NCBI GenBank assembly: GCA_041660165.1
Contig: JBAZWW010000003.1
Location: 4,352 to 68,351 of the forward strand
DNA length: 64,000 nt
From: Patescibacteria group bacterium
Lineage (GTDB): Bacteria > Patescibacteriota > Patescibacteriia > UBA9934
Reading direction: 5' to 3'
Shown here: one piece after another, positions 58,840 to 64,000 of the stretch
How positions within the stretch are numbered: position 1 is the stretch's first letter
Layout of the letters: every line of letters starts with the position of its first letter
Notes under the pieces: generated by a model
Databases searched by the model: none
Told to the model about the DNA's origin: nothing
Seen by the model: the letters and a program-made list of their open reading frames with translations, nothing else
Program-made: the position numbers and the translations under genes

Positions 58840-59838
58840 ATGTCCATCCTGCATCGCCTCACAAAAGTCCGGGCGCCTGAATTTCCGAAAGGAATGACGT
58901 GGCTGAACTCAAAATCGCTCAAACTCGCTGACCTGAAGGGGAAAGTGGTGCTGATTGATTTTTGGACGTTTTCTTGCGTGAACTGCCAACGCACGCTACC
59001 GCATGTCACGAGGTGGCATAGAACCTATAAGGATCTCGGCCTGGTTATCATTGGCGTTCACTCGCCGGAGTTTGCGTTTGAGAAAGATGAGGATAACGTG
59101 AAGATAGCGGTGACTGAGGCGGGGATCGAGTACCCGGTAGTGCTCGACCCTGACTTTGCCATTTGGAAGCTGTACGCGAATAAGTACTGGCCCCAAAAAT
59201 ACCTCGTGAACAGATCGGGCTACATTGTTTACGACCATGCGGGCGAGGGTGACTACGCGCAGACGGAGATGGAGATTCAAAAGGCGCTGAGCGAGCTTGG
59301 TCCCGTAGACTTGCCGGCCATTGGCCCGGATGATTCCGTGGGCGGAAGCGTTTGCTATAGGACTACGCCTGAAACGTATCTTGGCTATCTCCGCGGACGG
59401 ATTGGCAACATGGCCGAAATTTTGCCGGACGTTGAAGAGGCGTTTACGGATAAGGGCGAGCACCATGACGACGTTCCGTATCTTCATGGCCATTTCAAGG
59501 TGGGTGCAGAGTATGTCGAGCATTCCCGAGCGCTCCCCTCGGCCAACGAATATCTATCGCTCAAGTACAGCGCCTTCTCTGTGAATCTCGTGATGGGCAC
59601 TTCAGACAGTAAGACTGCCGTGCTCGAAATCGAGCTGGACGGCAAACCGCTTCCCAAGGATATGGCCGGCGCGGATGTTCGAGTGATGAAAGACGGCCGA
59701 GCTGAAATAATTATCAAAGACGCACGCATGTATCAGTTGGTGAGCGCGAAGGTGTATCACCGCGGGACGCTGAAATTGAAAACCGGGAGCGGAAATTTGC
59801 GGATGTATGCGTTTACGTTTGGCGGGTGTGTCGAGTGA
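58840..59838 (+). CDS. DipZ-like redoxin/thioredoxin-domain protein
   Basis: DFWTFSCVNC, GVHSPEF.FEK, N.YWP, GEGDY, TPETYLG, YAFTFG. Confidence 0.88.
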   Translation: MSILHRLTKVRAPEFPKGMTWLNSKSLKLADLKGKVVLIDFWTFSCVNCQRTLPHVTRWHRTYKDLGLVIIGVHSPEFAFEKDEDNVKIAVTEAGIEYPVVLDPDFAIWKLYANKYWPQKYLVNRSGYIVYDHAGEGDYAQTEMEIQKALSELGPVDLPAIGPDDSVGGSVCYRTTPETYLGYLRGRIGNMAEILPDVEEAFTDKGEHHDDVPYLHGHFKVGAEYVEHSRALPSANEYLSLKYSAFSVNLVMGTSDSKTAVLEIELDGKPLPKDMAGADVRVMKDGRAEIIIKDARMYQLVSAKVYHRGTLKLKTGSGNLRMYAFTFGGCVE

Positions 59839-59942
59839 CCCATTGATCGAGCGTTCATCCTGATGAGCCCCGGAGGGCGACCGGGGGGGGGTGGTCGCCG
59901 CCTTCCCAGGCGGTTCATCTTTTGCTAATCTTGTATCTCTCT

Positions 59943-61082
59943 ATGTACCTCGACTACGCCTCAGCCACCCCCGTTCGCAAGGAAGCGCTCAAAGTCATGC
60001 TTCCGTACTTTTCGAAATCATTCGGGAATCCGTCGAGCATTCACAAGATGGGAATTGAGGCCAAGTGGGCGATTGAAGACGCTCGCCGTCACGTGGCCGA
60101 ACTGGTTGGTGCGCGACCGGACTCGGTCGTCTTCACGAGCGGAGCGACTGAGTCCATCAACCTCGCGCTTTTTGGCGCGCTGAAAGCGCATCGAGGGACT
60201 GGCCGTCACGTCGTCGTCTCTGCCGTTGAGCACAAGGCCACGCTCGAGGCGCTCAAGAACGAGGGCTTTGAGGTGTCGATTGTGCCCGTTGATCGTGGCG
60301 GGCTCGTCAAGGTTGAAGATGTTATGGCCGTTGTCCGGCCAGACACGGTTGTAGTTTCAATCATGGCCGTCAACAATGAGGTTGGCACGGTCAATCCGAT
60401 CAATGAGATTGGCCGAGAAATTTTGCGCTTGAAGAAACCAAGGCCCGGCCTTCCTCCGCCCAAGACCCCGCTTTTTCACGTTGACGCCGCGCAAGCTGTG
60501 CAATATCTCGATCTTTTTGTCGAGCGCAACCACATTGATCTCTTGAGTTTCGGTTCTGCAAAGATTGGTGGTCCCAAGGGCGTTGGCGCACTCGTCATAT
60601 CGCCGAACGCCAGGATCGAGCCCATGCTATTCGGGGGCAATCAGGAGCATGGACTCCGAGCTGGCACGGAAAACGTTCCCGGCATTGTGGGCTTTGGCAA
60701 GGCGTCCGAGTTGGTACTCGCCGAACGTGAGAAGGAGGCAAAAAGACTCGGCGGTCTGCGCAGAATGTTCATTCGCGAACTTCATCGAGAAATTCCTGGT
60801 GCTATCGTCAATGGTGATCCAAAACTCGTCGCTCCCCATATCGTTAACGTGCAAATCCCCGGTAAAGATTCCGAAGAAATTGTTCTCAGGCTCGACGCCA
60901 AGGACATTTTCATCTCCTCGGCCAGCGCCTGCACGAATCCGAGCGCTCGCAGTCATGTCCTTCGAGCAATGGGCTACTCTGAGGACGAAATCAGGTCGAG
61001 TGTTAGAATATCCTTTGGACATGGGACGAAACGGACAGATGTGTTTGGACTCATTACGGCATTGACCGAAGTATCCCGCTAA
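59943..61082 (+). CDS. iscS: Cysteine desulfurase (IscS/NifS family)
   Basis: YLDYASATP, GNPSSIH, FTSGATES, NNEVGT, KIGGPKGVG, RAGTENV, SSASAC. Confidence 0.92.
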   Translation: MYLDYASATPVRKEALKVMLPYFSKSFGNPSSIHKMGIEAKWAIEDARRHVAELVGARPDSVVFTSGATESINLALFGALKAHRGTGRHVVVSAVEHKATLEALKNEGFEVSIVPVDRGGLVKVEDVMAVVRPDTVVVSIMAVNNEVGTVNPINEIGREILRLKKPRPGLPPPKTPLFHVDAAQAVQYLDLFVERNHIDLLSFGSAKIGGPKGVGALVISPNARIEPMLFGGNQEHGLRAGTENVPGIVGFGKASELVLAEREKEAKRLGGLRRMFIRELHREIPGAIVNGDPKLVAPHIVNVQIPGKDSEEIVLRLDAKDIFISSASACTNPSARSHVLRAMGYSEDEIRSSVRISFGHGTKRTDVFGLITALTEVSR

Positions 61083-61100
61083 ACGTATCCTTTCCCCCGT

Positions 61101-61367
61101 ATGAAACTTCGCATCATTGTAGACCCCGATCTTTGCATCGGCGCAGCTAGTTGTGTGACGGTAGCCCCGGATTCATTTGTGATGAACCCGGAAAATAAGG
61201 CTGAAGTGCTTGACGCTGGACGCTCGCCTGAAGGGCCGAAGTATGAGAGAACGGTTGAGGTTTCTGAGGCTGAGAAGGAGAACTTAATCGTGGCTGCCCA
61301 GTCCTGCCCAACGCTGGCGATCTCCATTTTTGATGAAGTCGGCACACAGTTGTATCCCACGAGCTAG
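61101..61367 (+). CDS. Ferredoxin
   Basis: CIGAASCVTVAP...AAQSCP ([3Fe-4S]-type pattern). Confidence 0.9.
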   Translation: MKLRIIVDPDLCIGAASCVTVAPDSFVMNPENKAEVLDAGRSPEGPKYERTVEVSEAEKENLIVAAQSCPTLAISIFDEVGTQLYPTS

Positions 61368-61378
61368 AGATTCATAAT

Positions 61379-61468
61379 GGTTCTCCATCCTGAGCCATGC
61401 GAAGGATCCGACTTTCCCTGCGAGACGCCGGGAGGGGCGGACCCTTCGCTCTCGCTCAGGGTGGGATA
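61379..61468. repeat. REP-like inverted doublet (variant C)
   Basis: CCATCCTGAGCCATGCGAAGGATCCGAC...GGACCCTTCGCTCTCGCTCAGGGTGGGA. Confidence 0.75.
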
Positions 61469-61494
61469 GGGGGCATTGGCATAGATACATACAC

Positions 61495-62670
61495 ATGAAA
61501 AACATCATTATCATCGGCGGAGGAATAGCCGGCACCACAGCGGCCGATGAAATTCGGGCGCGCGATAAGGAATGCTCGATTACTATTTTAGATGCAGAAG
61601 TGCATCCGTGTTATTCGCGCGTTCTGTTAACGCACTACGTGAAAGGCGTGGTGGGCCGGGAGAAGGTTTTTTTGAAGCAGCCACAGTGGTATTACGATAA
61701 GAATATTGAGGTCATGCTGGGCGTGCGCGCAGAGGAAATCAATTTGAAAAATAAGTTTGTACGCACAAGTGAGGGCCGAGAATTGCCGTATGACGAATTG
61801 CTCGTCACTACCGGCACGGAAATTGATCTGCTGAATGATGACCGCCGGGGCGTCTCTTATTTGAACACGCTTGATGATGCGGACGCGCTGATTTCGCTCA
61901 TTGGTGAACTAAAAACTCGCCCAACTGCTGACCGGCGGGCGTTTATTTATGGCGGGGGATTTATTGCCCTTGAGTACGCGAACATTTTTTCCCATCACGG
62001 GATTCCATTCGGCATAGCTATGCGGGGCAAGGGTTTTTGGTCGAAGGTTCTGTCTCCGGCTAGCCAGCAGGTGCTCGCTCGTCACGCCGAAAAGAATAAT
62101 GTGCCAATGTATTTGAATGAACCGTCTATTGAGTTGCTTGGCGATGAAGAGCTGATGGGCGTGCGTTTGGCGTCAGGCAAGGATATTCCCTGCGGGATTC
62201 TTGGCGTAGGGATTGGCCACAGGGCAAATGAGAAAGTGGTCATAGATGCCGGTATCCCTACGAATCATGGCATTCTGGCGAACGAATATCTCGAAACAAG
62301 CGTGGAACATGTGTATACTGCAGGTGATGCGGCTGAGTTTGACGATACGATCATTGGCCGGCGCATTCGCTACGGCAACTGGACAAACGCCTTGATGCAG
62401 GGCCGGACAGTAGCTAAAACTATCTGTGGCGAGCGGACGGCCAGCCGTTTTGTGCCGGCCTTTTCTATCGCCTTTCTGGACATGCAGATTGTGTTCATTG
62501 GCGATACGGCGCGGGAATTTGCTGATGAAATTCGGCAGACCGTGGCAGAGACGGACAAGGCATGTGAGCTGTTTTTGCGGGGGGGCAAGCTGGTTGGCGC
62601 GGTTCTGATCGGGGACATTGCTTCGAGAGCAATCCTCACCAAGAATATTGGTCAAACCTATGGTGCTTGA
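61495..62670 (+). CDS. FAD/NAD(P)-dependent oxidoreductase (ferredoxin/rubredoxin reductase-like)
   Basis: IIGGGIAG, GGGFIALE, VYTAGDAAE, W.NA..QG. Confidence 0.88.
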   Translation: MKNIIIIGGGIAGTTAADEIRARDKECSITILDAEVHPCYSRVLLTHYVKGVVGREKVFLKQPQWYYDKNIEVMLGVRAEEINLKNKFVRTSEGRELPYDELLVTTGTEIDLLNDDRRGVSYLNTLDDADALISLIGELKTRPTADRRAFIYGGGFIALEYANIFSHHGIPFGIAMRGKGFWSKVLSPASQQVLARHAEKNNVPMYLNEPSIELLGDEELMGVRLASGKDIPCGILGVGIGHRANEKVVIDAGIPTNHGILANEYLETSVEHVYTAGDAAEFDDTIIGRRIRYGNWTNALMQGRTVAKTICGERTASRFVPAFSIAFLDMQIVFIGDTAREFADEIRQTVAETDKACELFLRGGKLVGAVLIGDIASRAILTKNIGQTYGA

Positions 62671-63724
62671 TACGGACGATATTTATAAAAAGTTTGATCC
62701 CGATGATATTGCTTTCGGTGTTGAGAATTTACCCGAGCAAGTAAAAATTGCTTGGCATGACACGCGTGATTTGATTCTGCCAAGAGGATACTCGGAGGTA
62801 TCAAACATCGTGGTGGCCGGCATGGGCGGTTCCGCGCTTGGCCCGCACATGCTCAAAGCGCTTTTTGCAGATCGACTGGATGTCCCTTTTGAAATTGTTG
62901 GCGGGTACACTTTGCCGAAGTATGTGTCTAAAGACACGCTGGTCATTTTGTCGAGTTACTCCGGCACCACTGAGGAGGTGATCGCTTGTGCTGAACAGGC
63001 TAAGGATTGTCGAGCGAAAATTGCTGTCGTCGCTGCTGGTGGCGTGCTCGCCGACATGGCATCTAGTGAAGGCTGGCCCGCCTATATTTTCGAACCCGGC
63101 GATTTGGCCAAGCAACCGCGCTACGGCACCGGTTTCTCGCTCATTGGCATCCTCGGTATCCTCGAACGCGCCGGCCTCGTCAAGGTCAAGGAAGCCGAGC
63201 TTCAAGCCATGATGTCTGCCATGGGCGAGGTGATTGATACGTGCGCCGTGGACGTGCCAACTGCTGAGAATCCTGCCAAAGAAGTAGCGCTCGCTCTTGC
63301 TAATCATAACGTCATTATTGTGGGCGCTGAGCATCTGGCCGGGAACGCGCATATCATGGCTAACCAGTTGAACGAATCTGCCAAGCAGTTCGCTACATAT
63401 CAATTATTGCCCGAGCTGAACCATCACTTTCTAGAAGGCTTAAAATTCCCGTCAGGTCTCGCCGAGAATACGACTGTCGTTCTCCTTGAATCCGATCACT
63501 ATCACGAGCGCACGCAGAAGCGTTGTAAAATCACTGCCGATATTTTTGAGAAAAAGGGCATCTCTGTCATTGACTATGGTTGCCGTGGCGCTTCAAAAAT
63601 GGATGAAGTGGGCGAGGTTCTCCAATTCGGCAGTTACCTTGGCCTCTACCTGGCACTCCTGAATGGTGTGGTAACGACTGACACGGCTACAGTGTTCGAG
63701 TTTAAGAAACGGATGGATGAATAG
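62660..63724 (+). CDS. Bifunctional phosphoglucose/phosphomannose isomerase
   Basis: AGMGGSA, SSYSG.TEE, QPR, QLNESAK, PELNHH. Confidence 0.9.
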   Translation: MVLDTDDIYKKFDPDDIAFGVENLPEQVKIAWHDTRDLILPRGYSEVSNIVVAGMGGSALGPHMLKALFADRLDVPFEIVGGYTLPKYVSKDTLVILSSYSGTTEEVIACAEQAKDCRAKIAVVAAGGVLADMASSEGWPAYIFEPGDLAKQPRYGTGFSLIGILGILERAGLVKVKEAELQAMMSAMGEVIDTCAVDVPTAENPAKEVALALANHNVIIVGAEHLAGNAHIMANQLNESAKQFATYQLLPELNHHFLEGLKFPSGLAENTTVVLLESDHYHERTQKRCKITADIFEKKGISVIDYGCRGASKMDEVGEVLQFGSYLGLYLALLNGVVTTDTATVFEFKKRMDE

Positions 63725-63819
63725 CGAAGGATCCATTTCTTAGACCCTGACGTAAGGAAGGGTCTACAGGCGGCGCATTGGAAATCAATAGCAAAATCCC
63801 CCCATTTGGGAGGATTTTT

Positions 63820-64000
63820 CTATACCATGTCTTGCATCTTCGCCATCATCATGGCATCCATGGAGGCCAGGTCAGCGCCAGCCATTTTGTCAGCATGTTT
63901 GGCCAGAGCGTGCTCCGTCAGCATGGTTTTCACGTCCTCTGCCGTGCTTCCTCTAGTTACGAACTCGCAATCCACTACGCCCATGTCTTTGCACGAAAGG
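63820..64000 (-). CDS. DUF1059-like small metal-binding protein (5' end off window)
   Basis: Manual translation LSCKDMGVVDCEFVTRGSTAEDV...EHA..KH...MV*. Confidence 0.75.
   Translation of the reverse strand, partial: LSCKDMGVVDCEFVTRGSTAEDVKTMLTEHALAKHADKMAGADLASMDAMMMAKMQDMV

Noticed and set aside
59860-59885. Hammerhead ribozyme (CTGATGA-GCCC-CGGA-GGGC-GA)
   Set aside because: The required GAAA is GACC and no stem I/III with a cleavage triplet was found
14316-61468. Recurrent palindromic repeats as a CRISPR array
   Set aside because: Dispersed singlets and inverted doublets, no regular spacers, no cas genes

Overview
Origin-proximal chromosome segment of a small-genome bacterium using genetic code 11. 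Gene content and style suggest Patescibacteria/CPR (inference). Core content: rpmH-rnpA-yidD / dnaA-dnaN with a bipartite oriC, polA, holA, rpsT, rpsO, pnp, tig, nfo, comM, lspA, a DksA/TraR protein, a class A PBP, a Xer-type recombinase, rmuC, gmk, five tRNAs and a redoxin-IscS-ferredoxin-reductase-PGI/PMI block. Accessory content: a roughly 9.4 kb surface-fibre operon whose 1502-aa protein has two autocleavage-chaperone-like domains, three TrmB regulators each divergent from an orphan cassette, four toxin-antitoxin loci (one broken), a catalytic-domain-only AlaRS paralog, an HD phosphohydrolase, an orphan ECF sigma factor and many palindromic repeats. Best leads: an unnamed ~370-nt structured non-coding RNA candidate behind a DnaA-box cluster (38198-38567), the fibre operon, the AlaRS paralog, and a split between near-leaderless core genes and strong Shine-Dalgarno orphan cassettes. 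All family calls come from motif recognition by eye; no searches were run.
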